A stretch of DNA of 64,000 nt from Eledone cirrhosa. Its lineage: Eukaryota. The notes under the pieces are model-generated. The model saw nothing but the letters and a program-made list of their open reading frames with translations, was not told the origin of the DNA and searched no databases. Position numbers and translations under genes: made by a program. Positions 30,001 through 45,000 of this stretch are shown one piece after another; position 1 is the first letter of the stretch, and each line of letters opens with the position of its first letter. The stretch lies in assembly GCA_964016885.1 (NCBI GenBank), contig OZ024755.1:42718001-42782000 (forward strand). The letters are read 5' to 3'.

Positions 30001-33000
30001 GCAAGGAAGCTGTGTTGTATATAGGAAGAAGTAGTCAGACATTATGTACTAGTAGAGGGAACAGTAAACTGGTAGTGGCAAGGAAGCTGTGTTGTGTATA
30101 GGAAGAAGTACTCAGACACTATGTACTAGTAGAGGGAGCAGTAAACTGACAGTGGCAAGGAAGCTGTGTTGTGTATAGGAAGAAGTAGTCAGACACTATG
30201 TACTACCAGAGGGAGCAGTAAGCTGGCAGTGGCAAGGAAGCTGTGTTGTATATAGGAAGAAGTAGTCAGACACTATGTACTAACAGATGGAACAGTAAGC
30301 TAGCAGTGGCAAGGAAGCTGTGTTGTATATAGGAAGAAGTAGTCAGACACTATGTACTAACAGAGGGAACAGTAAGCTGGCAGTGGCAAGGAAGCTGTGT
30401 TGTGTATAGGAAGAAGTAGTCAGACATTATGTACTAGTAGAAGGAACATTAATCTGGCAGTGGCCAGGAAGCTGTGTTGTGTATAGGAAGAAGTAGTCAG
30501 ACATTATGTACTAGTAGAGGGAGCAGTAAGCTGGCAGTGGCAAGGAAGCTGTGTTGTATATAGGAAGAAGTAGTCAGACATTATGTACTAGTAGAGGGAA
30601 CAGTAAACTGGTAGTGGCAAGGAAGCTGTGTTGTGTATAGGAAGAAGTAGTCAGACATTATGTACTAGCAGAGGGAACAGTAAGCTGGCAGTGGCAAGGA
30701 AGCTGTGTTGTGTATAGGAAGAAGTAGTCAGACACTATGTACTAGTAGAGGGAGCAGTAAGCTGGCAGTGGCAAGGAAGCTGTGTTGTATATAGGAAGAA
30801 GTAGTCAAACATTATGTACTAGTAGAGGGAACTGTAAACTGGTAGTGGCAAGGAAGCTGTGTTGTGTATAGGAAGAAGTAGTCAGACATTATGTACTAGC
30901 AGAGGGAGCAGTAACCTGGCAGTGGCAAGGAAGCTGTGTTGTGTATAGGAAGAAGTAGTCAGTCACTATGTACTAGCAGAGGGAGCAGTAACCTGGCAGT
31001 GGCAAGGAAGCTGTGTTGTGTATAGGAAGGAGTAGTCAGACATTATGTACTAGCAGAAGGAACAGTAAGCTGGCAGTGGCCAGGAAGCTGTGTTGTGTAT
31101 AGGAAGAAGTAGTCAGACATTATGTACTAATAGAGGGAACAGTAAGCTGGCAGTGGCCAGGAAGCTGTGTTGTGTATAGGAAGAAGTAGTCAGAGATTAT
31201 GTACTAGCAGAGGGAACAGTAAACTGGCAGTGGCAAGGAAGCTGTGTTGTGTATAGGAAGAAATAGTCAGACATTATGTACTAGTAGAGGGAACAGTAAG
31301 CTGTGTTGTGTATAGGAAGAAGTAGTCAGACACTATGTACTAGCAGAGGGAACAGTAAGCTGGCAGTGGCAAGGAAGCTGTGTTGTATATAGGAAGAAGT
31401 AGTCAGACATTATGTACTAGCAGAGGCAACAGTAAGCTGGCAGTGGCCAGGAAGCTGTGTTGTATATAGGAAGAAGTAGTCAGACATTATGTACTAATAG
31501 AGGGAACAGTAAGCTGGCAGTGGCCAGGAAGCTGTGTTGTATATAGGAAGAAGTAGTCAGACATTATGTACTAGCAGAGGGAACAGTAAGGTGGCAGTGG
31601 CAAGGAAGCTGTGTTGTGTATAGGAAGAAGTAGTCAGTCACTATGTACTAGTAGAGGGAGCAGTAAACAGGTAGTGGCCAGGAAGCTGTGTTGTGTATAG
31701 GAAGAAGTAGTCAGACACTATGTACTAGTAGAGGGAGCAGTAAGCTGGCAGTGGCAAGGAAGCTGTGTTGTATATAGGAAGAAGTAGTCAGACATTATGT
31801 ACTAGTAGAGGGAACAGTAAACTGGTAGTGGCAAGGAAGCTGTGTTGTGTATAGGAAGAAGTACTCAGACACTATGTACTAGCAGAGGGAGCAGTAAGCT
31901 GGCAGTGGCAAGGAAGCTGTGTTGTATATAGGAAGAAGTAGTCAGACACTATGTACTAGTAGAGGGAGCAGTATGCTGGCAGTGGCAAGGAAGCTGTGTT
32001 GTATATAGGAAGAAGTAGTCAGACATTATGTACTAGTAGAGGGAACAGTAAACTGGTAGTGGCAAGGAAGCTGTGTTGTGTATAGGAAGAAGTACTCAGA
32101 CACTATGTACTAGTAGAGGGAGCAGTAAACTGACAGTGGCAAGGAAGCTGTGTTGTGTATAGGAAGAAGTAGTCAGACATTATGTACTAGTAGAGGGAGC
32201 ATTAATCTGGCAGTGGCCAGGAAGCTGTGTGGTGTATAGGAAGAAGTAGTCAGACATTATGTACTAGTAGAGGGAGCAGTAAGCTGGCAGTGGCAAGGAA
32301 GCTGTGTTGTATATAGGAAGAAGTAGTCAAACATTATGTACTAGTAGAGGGAACAGTAAACTGGTAGTGGCAAGGAAGCTGTGTTGTGTATAGGAAGAAG
32401 TAGTCAGACATTATGTACTAGCAGAGGGAACAGTAAGCTGGCAGTGGCAAGGAAGCTGTGTTGTGTATAGGAAGAAGTAGTCAGACACTATGTACTAGTA
32501 GAGGGAGCAGAAAGCTGGCAGTGGCAAGGAAGCTGTGTTGTATATAGGAAGAAGTAGTCAAACATTATGTACTAGTAGAGGGAACTGTAAACTGGTAGTG
32601 GCAAGGAAGCTGTGTTGTGTATAGGAAGAAGTAGTCAGACACTATGTACTAGCAGAGGGAACAGTAAGCTGGCAGTGGCAAGGAAGCTGTGTTGTGTATA
32701 GGAAGAAGTAGTCAGACATTATGTACTAGCAGAGGGAGCAGTAACCTGGCAGTGGCAAGGAAGCTGTGTTGTGTATAGGAAGAAGTAGTCAGTCACTATG
32801 TACTAGCAGAGGGAGCAGTAACCTGGCAGTGGCAAGGAAGCTGTGTTGTGTATAGGAAGGAGTAGTCAGACATTATGTACTAGCAGAAGGAACAGTAAGC
32901 TGGCAGTGGCAAGGAAGCTGTGTTGTGTATAGGAAGAAATAGTCAGACATTATGTACTAGTAGAGGGAACAGTAAGCTGTGTTGTGTATAGGAAGAAGTA

Positions 33001-36000
33001 GTCAGACACTATGTACTAGCAGAGGGAACAGTAAGCTGGCAGTGGCAAGGAAGCTGTGTTGTATATAGGAAGAAGTAGTCAGACATTATGTACTAGCAGA
33101 GGCAACAGTAAGCTGGCAGTGGCCAGGAAGCTGTGTTGTATATAGGAAGAAGTAGTCAGACATTATGTACTAATAGAGGGAACAGTAAGCTGGCAGTGGC
33201 CAGGAAGCTGTGTTGTATATAGGAAGAAGTAGTCAGACATTATGTACTAGCAGAGGGAACAGTAAGGTGGCAGTGGCAAGGAAGCTGTGTTGTGTATAGG
33301 AAGAAGTAGTCAGTCACTATGTACTAGTAGAGGGAGCAGTAAACAGGTAGTGGCCAGGAAGCTGTGTTGTGTATAGGAAGAAGTAGTCAGACACTATGTA
33401 CTAGTAGAGGGAGCAGTAAGCTGGCAGTGGCAAGGAAGCTGTGTTGTATATAGGAAGAAGTAGTCAGACATTATGTACTAGTAGAGGGAACAGTAAACTG
33501 GTAGTGGCAAGGAAGCTGTGTTGTGTATAGGAAGAAGTACTCAGACACTATGTACTAGCAGAGGGAGCAGTAAGCTGGCAGTGGCAAGGAAGCTGTGTTG
33601 TATATAGGAAGAAGTAGTCAGACACTATGTACTAGTAGAGGGAGCAGTATGCTGGCAGTGGCAAGGAAGCTGTGTTGTATATAGGAAGAAGTAGTCAGAC
33701 ATTATGTACTAGTAGAGGGAACAGTAAACTGGTAGTGGCAAGGAAGCTGTGTTGTGTATAGGAAGAAGTACTCAGACACTATGTACTAGTAGAGGGAGCA
33801 GTAAACTGACAGTGGCAAGGAAGCTGTGTTGTGTATAGGAAGAAGTAGTCAGACATTATGTACTAGTAGAGGGAACATTAATCTGGCAGTGGCCAGGAAG
33901 CTGTGTGGTGTATAGGAAGAAGTAGTCAGACATTATGTACTAGTAGAGGGAGCAGTAAGCTGGCAGTGGCAAGGAAGCTGTGTTGTATATAGGAAGAAGT
34001 AGTCAGACATTATGTACTAGTAGAGGGAACAGTAAACTGGTAGTGGCAAGGAAGCTGTGTTGTGTATAGGAAGAAGTAGTCAGACATTATGTACTAGCAG
34101 AGGGAACAGTAAGCTGGCAGTGGCAAGGAAGCTGTGTTGTGTATAGGAAGAAGTAGTCAGACACTATGTACTAGTAGAGGGAGCAGAAAGCTGGCAGTGG
34201 CAAGGAAGCTGTGTTGTATATAGGAAGAAGTAGTCAAACATTATGTACTAGTAGAGGGAACTGTAAACTGGTAGTGGCAAGGAAGCTGTGTTGTGTATAG
34301 GAAGAAGTAGTCAGACACTATGTACTAGCAGAGGGAACAGTAAGCTGGCAGTGGCAAGGAAGCTGTGTTGTGTATAGGAAGAAGTAGTCAGACACTATTT
34401 ACTAGTAGAGGGAACAGTAAGCTGGCAGTGGCAAGGAAGCTGTGTTGTGTATAGGAAGAAGTAGTCAGACACTATGTACTAGCAGAGGGAACAGTAAGCT
34501 GGCAGTGGCCAGGAAGCTGTTTTATGTATAGGAAGAAGTAGTCAGACATTATGTACTAGCAGAGGCAACAGTCAGCTGGCAGTGGCAAGGAAGCTGTGTT
34601 GTGTATAGGAAGAAGTAGTCAGACATTATGTACTAACAGAGGGAGCAGTAAGCTGGCAGTGGCAAGGAAGCTGTGTTGTGTAGAGGAAGAAGTAGTCAGA
34701 CATTATGTACTAGTAGAGGGAGCAGTAAGGTGGCAGTGGCAAGGAAGCTGTATTGTGTATAGGAAGAAGTAGTCAGACATTATGTACTAGTAGAGGGAGC
34801 AGTAACCTGGCAGTGGCAAGGAAGCTGTGTTGTATATAAGAAGAAGTAGTCAGACACTATGTACTAATAGAGGGAACAGTAAGCTGGCAGTGGCCAGGAA
34901 GCTGTGTTGTGTATAGGAAGAAGTAGTCAGACATTATGTACTAATAGAGGGAACAGTAAGCTGGCAGTGGCCAGGAAGCTGTGTTGTATATAGGAAGAAG
35001 TAGTCAGACATTATGTACTAATAGAGGGAACAGTAAGCTGGCAGTGGCCAGGAAGCTGTGTTGTATATAGGAAGAAGTAGTCAGACATTATGTACTAGCA
35101 GAGGGAACAGTAAGGTGGCAGTGGCAAGGAAGCTGTGTTGTGTATAGGAAGAAGTAGTCAGACATTATGTACTAGCAGAGGGAACAGTAAGCTGTGTTGT
35201 GTATAGGAAGAAGTAGTCGGACATTATGTAATAGCAGAGGGAACAGTAAGCTGGCAGTGGCAAGGAAGCTGATTTATGTATAGGAAGAAGTAGTCAGACA
35301 TTATGTACTAGCAGAGGCAACAGTCAGCTGGCAGTGGCAAGGAAGCTGTGTTGTGTATAGGAAGAAGTAGTGAGACACTATGTACTAGCAGAGGGAACAG
35401 TAAGTTGGTAGTGGCCAGGAAGCTGTGTTGTGTATAGGAAGAAGTAGTCAGACACTATGTACTAGCAGAGGGAACAGTAAGCTGGAAGTGACAAGGAAGC
35501 TGTTTTATGTATAGGAAGAAGTAGTCAGACATTATGTACTAGCAGAGGCAACAGTCAGCTGGCAGTGGCAAGGAAGCTGTGTTGTGTATAGGAAGAAATA
35601 GTCAGACACTATGTACTAGCAGAGGGAACAGTAAGCTGTGTTGTGTATAGGAAGAAGTAGTCAGACATTATGTACTAGCAGAGGGAGCAGTAAGCTGGCC
35701 GTGGCAAGGAAGCTGTGTTGTGTATAGGAATAAGTAGTCAGACGCTATGTACTAGCAGAGGGAGTAGTAAGCTGGCAGTGGCATGGAAGCTGTGTTGTGT
35801 ATAGGAAGAAGTAGCCAGACACTATGTACTAGCAGAGGGAGCAGTAAGCTGGCAGTGGCAAGGAAGCTGTGTTGTGTATAGGAAGAAGTAGTCAGACATT
35901 ATGTACTAGCAGAGGGAGCAGTAAGCTGTGTTGTGTATAGGAAGAAGTAGTCAGACATTATGTACTAGTAGTGGGAACAGTAAGTTGGCAATGGCAAGGA

Positions 36001-39000
36001 AGCTGTGTTGTGTATAGGAAGAAGTAGTCAGTCACTATGTACTAGCAGAGGGAACAGTAAGTTGGCAATGGCAAGGAAGCTGTGTTGTGTATAGGAAGAA
36101 GTAGTCAGACATTATGTACTAGCAGAGGGAGTAGTAACCTGGCAGTGGCAAGGAAGCTGTGTTGTGTATAGGAAGAAGTAGTCAGTCACTATGTACTAGC
36201 AGAGGGAGCAGTAACCTGGCAGTGGCAAGGAAGCTGTGTTGTGTATAGGAAGGAGTAGTCAGACATGATGTACTAGCAGAAGGAACAGTAAGCTGGCAGT
36301 GGCCAGGAAGCTGTGTTGTGTATAGGAAGAAGTAGTCAGACATTATGTACTAATAGAGGGAACAGTAAGCTGGCAGTGGCCAGGAAGCTGTGTTGTGTAT
36401 AGGAAGAAGTAGTCAGAGATTATGTACTAGCAGAGGGAACAGTAAACTGGCAGTGGCAAGGAAGCTGTGTTGTGTATAGGAAGAAATAGTCAGACATTAT
36501 GTACTAGTAGAGGGAACAGTAAGCTGTGTTGTGTATAGGAAGAAGTAGTCAGACACTATGTACTAGCAGAGGGAACAGTAAGCTGGCAGTGGCAAGGAAG
36601 CTGTGTTGTATATAGGAAGAAGTAGTCAGACATTATGTACTAGCAGAGGCAACAGTAAGCTGGCAGTGGCCAGGAAGCTGTGTTGTATATAGGAAGAAGT
36701 AGTCAGACATTATGTACTAATAGAGGGAACAGTAAGCTGGCAGTGGCCAGGAAGCTGTGTTGTATATAGGAAGAAGTAGTCAGACATTATGTACTAGCAG
36801 AGGGAACAGTAAGGTGGCAGTGGCAAGGAAGCTGTGTTGTGTATAGGAAGAAGTAGTCAGACATTATGTACTAGCAGAGGGAACAGTAAGCTGTGTTGTG
36901 TATAGGAAGAAGTAGTGAGACACTATGTACTAGCAGAGGGAACAGTAAGTTGGCAGTGGCAAGGAAGCTGTGTTGTGTATAGGAAGAACTAGTCAGACAC
37001 TATGTACTAACAGAGGGAACAGTAAGCCGGCAGTGGCAAGGAAGCTGTGTTGTGTATAGGAAGAAGTAGTCAGACACTATGTACTAACAGATGGAAGAGT
37101 AAGCTAGCAGTGGCAAGGAAGCTGTGTTGTGTATAGGAAGAAGTAGTCAGTCACTATGTACTAGTAGAGGGAGCAGTAAACTGGTAGTGGCCAGGAAGCT
37201 GTGTTGTGTATAGGAAGAAGTAGTCAGACATTATGTACTAGCAGAGGGAACAGTAAGCTGGCAGTGGCAAGGAAGCTGTGTTGTGTATAGGAAGAAGTAG
37301 TCAGACACTATGTACTAGCAAAGGGAACAGTAAGCTGGCAGTGGCAAGGAAGCTGTGTTGTGTATAGGAAGAAGTAGTCAGACACTATGTACTAACAGAT
37401 GGAAGAGTAAGCTAGCAGTGGCAAGGAAGCTGTGTTGTGTATAGGAAGAAGTAGTCAGTCACTATGTACTAGCAGAGGGAACAGTAAGTTGGCAGTGGCA
37501 AGGAAGCTGTGTTGTATATAGGAAGATGTAGTCAAACATTATGTACTAGAAGAGGGAACAGTAAGCTGGCAGTGGCAAGGAAGCTGTGTTGTGTACAGGA
37601 AGAAGTAGTCAGACACTATGTACTAGCAGAGGGAACAGTAAGCTGGCAGTGGGCAGGAAGCTGTGTTGTGTATAGGAAGAAGTAGTCAGACACTATGTAC
37701 TAGCAGAGGGAACAGTAAGCTGGCAGTGGCAAGGAAGCTGTGTTGTGTATAGGAAGAAGTAGTCAGACATTATGTACTAGCAGAGGGAACAGTAAGCTGG
37801 CAGTGGCCAGGAAGCTGTGTTGCGTATAGGAAGAAGTAGTCAGACATTATGTACTAGCAGAGGGAGCAGTAAGCTGTGTTGTGTATAGGAAGAAGTAGTC
37901 AGACATTATGTACTAGCAGAGGGAGCAGTAAGCTGTGTTGTGTATAGGAAGAAGTAGTCAGACATTATGTACTAGTAGAGGGAGCAGTAAGCTGGCAGTG
38001 ACAAGGAAGCTGTGTTGTGTATAGGAAGAAGTAGTCAGACATTATGTACTAGCAGAGGGAGCAGTAAGCTAGCAGTGGCAAGGAAGCTGTGTTGTGTATA
38101 GGAAGAAGTAGTCAGACATTATGTACTAGCAGAGAGAACAGTACGCTGGCAGTGGCAAGGAAGCTGTGTTGTGTATAGGAAGAAGTAGTCAGACATTATG
38201 TACTAGTAGAGGGAGCAGTAAGCTGGCAGTGACAAGGAAGCTGTGTTGTGTATAGGAAGAAGTAGTCAGACATTATGTACTAGCAGAGAGAACAGTACGC
38301 TGGCAGTGGCAAGGAAGCTGTGTTGTGTATAAGAAGAAGTAGTCAGACACTATGTACAAGTAGAGGGAGGAGTAAGCTGGCAGTGGCAAGGAAGCTGTGT
38401 TGTATATAGGAAGAAGTAGTCAGACACTATGTACTAGTAGAGGGAACAGTAAACTGGTAGTGGCAAGGAAGCTGTGTTGTGTATAGGAAGAAGTACTCAG
38501 ACACTATGTACTAGTAGAGGGAGCAGTAAACTGACAGTGGCAAGGAAGCTGTGTTGTGTATAGGAAGAAGTAGTCAGACACTATGTACTAGTAGAGGGAA
38601 CAGTAAACTGGTAGTGGCAAGGAAGCTGTGTTGTGTATAGGAAGAAGTACTCAGACACTATGTACTAGTAGAGGGAGCAGTAAACTGACAGTGGCAAGGA
38701 AGCTGTGTTGTGTATAGGAAGAAGTAGTCAGACACTATGTACTAGCAGAGGGAGCAGTAAGCTGGCAGTGGCAAGGAAGCTGTGTTGTATATAGGAAGAA
38801 GTAGTCAGACACTATGTACTAACAGATGGAACAGTAAGCTAGCAGTGGCAAGGAAGCTGTGTTGTATATAGGAAGAAGTAGTCAGACACTATGTACTAAC
38901 AGAGGGAACAGTAAGCTGGCAGTGGCAAGGAAGCTGTGTTGTGTATAGGAAGAAGTAGTGAGACATTATGTACTAGTAGTGGGAACATTAATCTGGCAGT

Positions 39001-42000
39001 GGCCAGGAAGCTGTGTTGTGTATAGGAAGAAGTAGTCAGTCACTATGTACTAGCAGAGGGAACAGTAAGCTGGCAGTGGCAAGGAAGCTGTGTTGTGTAT
39101 AGGAAGAAGTAGTCAGACATTATGTACTAGTAGAGGGAACATTAATCTGGCAGTGGCCAGGAAGCTGTGTTGTGTATAGGAAGAAGTAGTCAGACATTAT
39201 GTACTAGTAGAGGGAGCAGTAAGCTGGCAGTGGCAAGGAAGCTGTGTTGTATATAGGAAGAAGTAGTCAGACATTATGTACTAGTAGAGGGAACAGTAAA
39301 CTGGTAGTGGCAAGGAAGCTGTGTTGTGTATAGGAAGAAGTAGTCAGACATTATGTACTAGCAGAGGGAACAGTAAGCTGGCAGTGGCAAGGAAGCTGTG
39401 TTGTGTATAGGAAGAAGTAGTCAGACACTATGTACTAGTAGAGGGAGCAGTAAGCTGGCAGTGGCAAGGAAGCTGTGTTGTATATAGGAAGAAGTAGTCA
39501 AACATTACGTACTAGTAGAGGGAACTGTAAACTGGTAGTGGCAAGTAAGCTGTGTTGTGTATAGGAAGAAGTAGTCAGACATTATGTACTAGCAGAGGGA
39601 GCAGTAACCTGGCAGTGGCAAGGAAGCTGTGTTGTGTATAGGAAGAAGTAGTCAGTCACTATGTACTAGCAGAGGGAGCAGTAACCTGGCAGTGGCAAGG
39701 AAGCTGTGTTGTGTATAGGAAGGAGTAGTCAGACATTATGTACTAGCAGAAGGAACAGTAAGCTGGCAGTGGCCAGGAAGCTGTGTTGTGTATAGGAAGA
39801 AGTAGTCAGACATTATGTACTAATAGAGGGAACAGTAAGCTGGCAGTGGCCAGGAAGCTGTGTTGTGTATAGGAAGAAGTAGTCAGAGATTATGTACTAG
39901 CAGAGGGAACAGTAAACTGGCAGTGGCAAGGAAGCTGTGTTGTGTATAGGAAGAAATAGTCAGACATTATGTACTAGTAGAGGGAACAGTAAGCTGTGTT
40001 GTGTATAGGAAGAAGTAGTCAGACACTATGTACTAGCAGAGGGAACAGTAAGCTGGCAGTGGCAAGGAAGCTGTGTTGTATATAGGAAGAAGTAGTCAGA
40101 CATTATGTACTAGCAGAGGCAACAGTAAGCTGGCAGTGGCCAGGAAGCTGTGTTGTATATAGGAAGAAGTAGTCAGACATTATGTACTAATAGAGGGAAC
40201 AGTAAGCTGGCAGTGGCCAGGAAGCTGTGTTGTATATAGGAAGAAGTAGTCAGACATTATGTACTAGCAGAGGGAACAGTAAGGTGGCAGTGGCAAGGAA
40301 GCTGTGTTGTGTATAGGAAGAAGTAGTCAGTCACTATGTACTAGTAGAGGGAGCAGTAAACAGGTAGTGGCCAGGAAGCTGTGTTGTGTATAGGAAGAAG
40401 TAGTCAGACATTATGTACTAGCAGAGGGAACAGTAAGCTGGCAGTGGCAAGGAAGCTGTGTTGTGTATAGGAAGAAGTAGTCAGACACTATGTACTAGCA
40501 GAGGGAACAGTAAGCTGGCAGTGGCAAGGAAGCTGTGTTGTGTATAGGAAGCAGTAGTCAGACACTATGTACTAACAGATGGAAGAGTAAGCTAGCAGTG
40601 GCAAGGAAGCTGTGTTGTGTATAGGAAGAAGTAGTCAGTCACTATGTACTAGTAGAGGGAGCAGTAAGCTGGCAGTGACAAGGTAGCTGTGTTGTGTATA
40701 GGAATAAGTAGTCAGACATTATGTACTAGCAGAGGGAACAGTAAGCTGGCAGTGGCAAGGAAGCTGTGTTGTGTATAGGAAGAAGTAGTCAGACACTATG
40801 TACTAGTAGTGGGAACAGTAAGCTGGCAGTGGGCAGGAAGCTGTGTTGTGTATAGGAAGAAGTAGTCAGACACTATGTACTAGTAGAGGGAACAGTAAGC
40901 TGGCAGTGGGCAGGAAGCTGTGTTGTGTATAGGAAGAAGTAGTCAGACATTATGTACTAGTAGAGGGAACATTAATCAGGCAGTGGCCAGGAAGCTGTGT
41001 TGTGTATAGGAAGAAGTAGTCAGACACTATGTACTAGCATAGGGAACAGTAAGCTGTGTTGTGTATAGGAAGAAGTAGTGAGACACTATGTACTAGCAGA
41101 GGGAACAGTAAGTTGGCAGTGGCAAGGAAGCTGTGTTGTGTATAGGAAGAAGTAGTCAGACACTATGTACTAACAGCGGGAATAGTAAGCCGGCAGTGGC
41201 AAGGAAGCAGTGTTGTGTATAGGAAGAAGTAGTCAGACACTATGTACTAACAGATGGAAGAGTAAGCTAGCAGTGGCAAGGAAGCTGTGTTGTGTATAGG
41301 AAGAAGTAGTCAGACATTATGTACTAGTAGAGGGAACATTAATCTGGCAGTGGCCAGGAAGCTGTGTTGTATATAGGAAGAAGTAGTCAGACATTATGTA
41401 CTAGTAGAGGGAACAGTAAACTGGTAGTGGCAAGGAAGCTGTGTTGTGTATAGGAAGAAGTAGTCAGACACTATGTACTAGCATAGGGAACAGTAAGCTG
41501 GCAGTGGCAAGGAAGCTGTGTTGTGTATAGGAAGAAGTAGTCAGACACTATGTACTAGTAGAGGGAACAGTAAGCTGGCAGTGGCAAGGAAGCTGTGTTG
41601 TGTATAGGAAGAAGTAGTCAGACACTATGTACTAGCAGAGGGAACAGTAAGCTGGCAGTGGCAAGGAAGCTGTGTTGTGTATAGGTGGAAAGTAGTCAGA
41701 CACTATGTACTAGCAGAGGGAACAGTAAGCTGGCAGTGGCCAGGAAGCTGTGTTATGTATAGGAAGAAGTAGTCAGACATTATGTACTAGCAGAGGCAAC
41801 AGTCAGCTGGCAGTGGCAAGGAAGCTGTGTTGTGTATAGGAAGAAGTAGTCAGACATTATGTACTAGCAGAGGGAGTAGTAAGCTGGCAGTGGCAAGGAA
41901 GCTGTGTTGTGTAGAGGAAGAAGTAGTCAGACATTATGTACTAGTAGAGGGAGCAGTAAGGTGGCAGTGGCAAGGAAGCTGTGTTGTGTATAGGAAGAAG

Positions 42001-45000
42001 TAGTCAGACATTATGTACTAGCAGAGGGAGTAGTAAGCTGGCAGTGGCAAGGAAGCTGTGTTGTGTAGAGGAAGAAGTAGTCAGACATTATGTACTAGTA
42101 GAGGGAGCAGTAAGGTGGCAGTGGCAAGGAAGCTGTGTTGTGTATAGGAAGAAGTAGTCAGACATTATGTACTAGTAGAGGGAGCAGTAACCTGGCAGTG
42201 GCAAGGAAGCTGTGTTGTGTATAGGAAGGAGTAGTCAGACATTATGTACTAGCACAGGGAACAGTAAGCTGGCAGTGGCAAGGAAGCTGTGTTGTATATA
42301 GGAAGAAGTAGTCAGACACTATGTACTAGCAGAGGGAACAGTAAGTTGGTAGTGGCCAGGAAGCTGTGTTGTGTATAGGAAGAAGTAGTCAGACATTATG
42401 TAATAGCAGAGGGAACAGTAAGCTGGCAGTGACAAGGAAGCTGTGTTGTGTATAGGAAGAAGTAGTCAGACACTATGTACTAGCATAGGGAACAGTAAGC
42501 TGGCAGTGGCAAGGAAGCTGTGTTGTGTATAGGAAGAAGTAGTCAGACACTATGTACTAGTAGAGGGAACAGTAAGCTGGCAGTGGCAAGGAAGCTGTGT
42601 TGTGTATAGGAAGAAGTAGTCAGACACTATGTACTAGCAGAGGGAACAGTAAGCTGGCAGTGGCAAGGAAGCTGTGTTGTGTATAGGTGGAAAGTAGTCA
42701 GACACTATGTACTAGCAGAGGGAACAGTAAGCTGGCAGTGGCAAGGAAGCTGTGTTGTGTATAGGAAGAAGTAGTCAGACATTATGTACTAGTAGAGGGA
42801 ACATTAATCTGGCAGTGGCCAGGAAGCTGTGTTGTATATAGGAAGAAGTAGTCAGACATTATGTACTAGTAGAGGGAACAGTAAACTGGTAGTGGCAAGG
42901 AAGCTGTGTTGTGTATAGGAAGAAGTAGTCAGACACTATGTACTAGCATAGGGAACAGTAAGCTGGCAGTGGCAAGGAAGCTGTGTTGTGTATAGGAAGA
43001 AGTAGTCAGACACTATGTACTAGTAGAGGGAACAGTAAGCTGGCAGTGGCAAGGAAGCTGTGTTGTGTATAGGAAGAAGTAGTCAGACATTATGTACTAG
43101 CAGAGGGAACAGTAAGCTGGCAGTGGCCAGGAAGCTGTGTTGCGTATAGGAAGAAGTAGTCAGACATTATGTACTAGCAGAGGGAGCAGTAAGCTGTGTT
43201 GTGTATAGGAAGAAGTAGTCAGACATTATGTACTAGCAGAGGGAGCAGTAAGCTTGCAGTGGCAAGGAAGCTGTGTTGTGTATAAGAAGAAGTAGTCAGA
43301 CACTATGTACAAGTAGAGGGAGGAGTAAGCTGGCAGTTGCAAGGAAGCTGTGTTGTGTATAGGAAGAAGTAGTCAGACATTATGTACTAGCAGAGGGAGC
43401 AGTAAGCTGGCAGTGGCAAGGAAGCTGTGTTGTATATAGGAAGAAGTAGTCAGACACTATGAACTAGTAGAGGGAGCAGTAAGCTGGCAGTGGCAAGGAA
43501 GCTGTGTTGTATATAGGAAGAAGTAGTCAGACATTATGTACTAGTAGAGGGAACAGTAAACTGGTAGTGGCAAGGAAGCTGTGTTGTGTATAGGAAGAAG
43601 TACTCAGACACTATGTACTAGTAGAGGGAGCAGTAAACTGACAGTGGCAAGGAAGCTGTGTTGTGTATAGGAAGAAGTAGTCAGACACTATGTACTAGCA
43701 GAGGGAGCAGTAAGCTGGCAGTGGCAAGGAAGCTGTGTTGTATATAGGAAGAAGTAGTCAGACACTATGTACTAACAGATGGAACAGTAAGCTAGCAGTG
43801 GCAAGGAAGCTGTGTTGTATATAGGAAGAAGTAGTCAGACACTATGTACTAACAGAGGGAACAGTAAGCTGGCAGTGGCAAGGAAGCTGTGTTGTGTATA
43901 GGAAGAAGTAGTGAGACATTATGTACTAGTAGTGGGAACATTAATCTGGCAGTGGCCAGGAAGCTGTGTTGTGTATAGGAAGAAGTAGTCAGTCACTATG
44001 TACTAGCAGAGGGAACAGTAAGCTGGCAGTGGCAAGGAAGCTGTGTTGTGTATAGGAAGAAGTAGTCAGACATTATGTACTAGTAGAGGGAACATTAATC
44101 TGGCAGTGGCCAGGAAGCTGTGTTGTGTATAGGAAGAAGTAGTCAGACATTATGTACTAGTAGAGGGAGCAGTAAGCTGGCAGTGGCAAGGAAGCTGTGT
44201 TGTATATAGGAAGAAGTAGTCAGACATTATGTACTAGTAGAGGGAACAGTAAACTGGTAGTGGCAAGGAAGCTGTGTTGTGTATAGGAAGAAGTAGTCAG
44301 ACATTATGTACTAGCAGAGGGAACAGTAAGCTGGCAGTGGCAAGGAAGCTGTGTTGTGTATAGGAAGAAGTAGTCAGACACTATGTACTAGTAGAGGGAG
44401 CAGTAAGCTGGCAGTGGCAAGGAAGCTGTGTTGTATATAGGAAGAAGTAGTCAAACATTATGTACTAGTAGAGGGAACTGTAAACTGGTAGTGGCAAGGA
44501 AGCTGTGTTGTGTATAGGAAGAAGTAGTCAGACATTATGTACTAGCAGAGGGAGCAGTAACCTGGCAGTGGTAAGGAAGCTGTGTTGTGTATAGGAAGAA
44601 GTAGTCAGTCACTATGTACTAGCAGAGGGAGCAGTAACCTGGCAGTGGCAAGGAAGCTGTGTTGTGTATAGGAAGGAGTAGTCAGACATTATGTACTAGC
44701 AGAAGGAACAGTAAGTTGGCAGTGGCCAGGAAGCTGTGTTGTGTATAGGAAGAAGTAGTCAGACATTATGTACTAATAGAGGGAACAGTAAGCTGGCAGT
44801 GGCCAGGAAGCTGTGTTGTGTATAGGAAGAAGTAGTCAGAGATTATGTACTAGCAGAGGGAACAGTAAACTGGCAGTGGCAAGGAAGCTGTGTTGTGTAT
44901 AGGAAGAAATAGTCAGACATTATGTACTAGTAGAGGGAACAGTAAGCTGTGTTGTGTATAGGAAGAAGTAGTCAGACATTATGTACTAGCAGAGGGAACA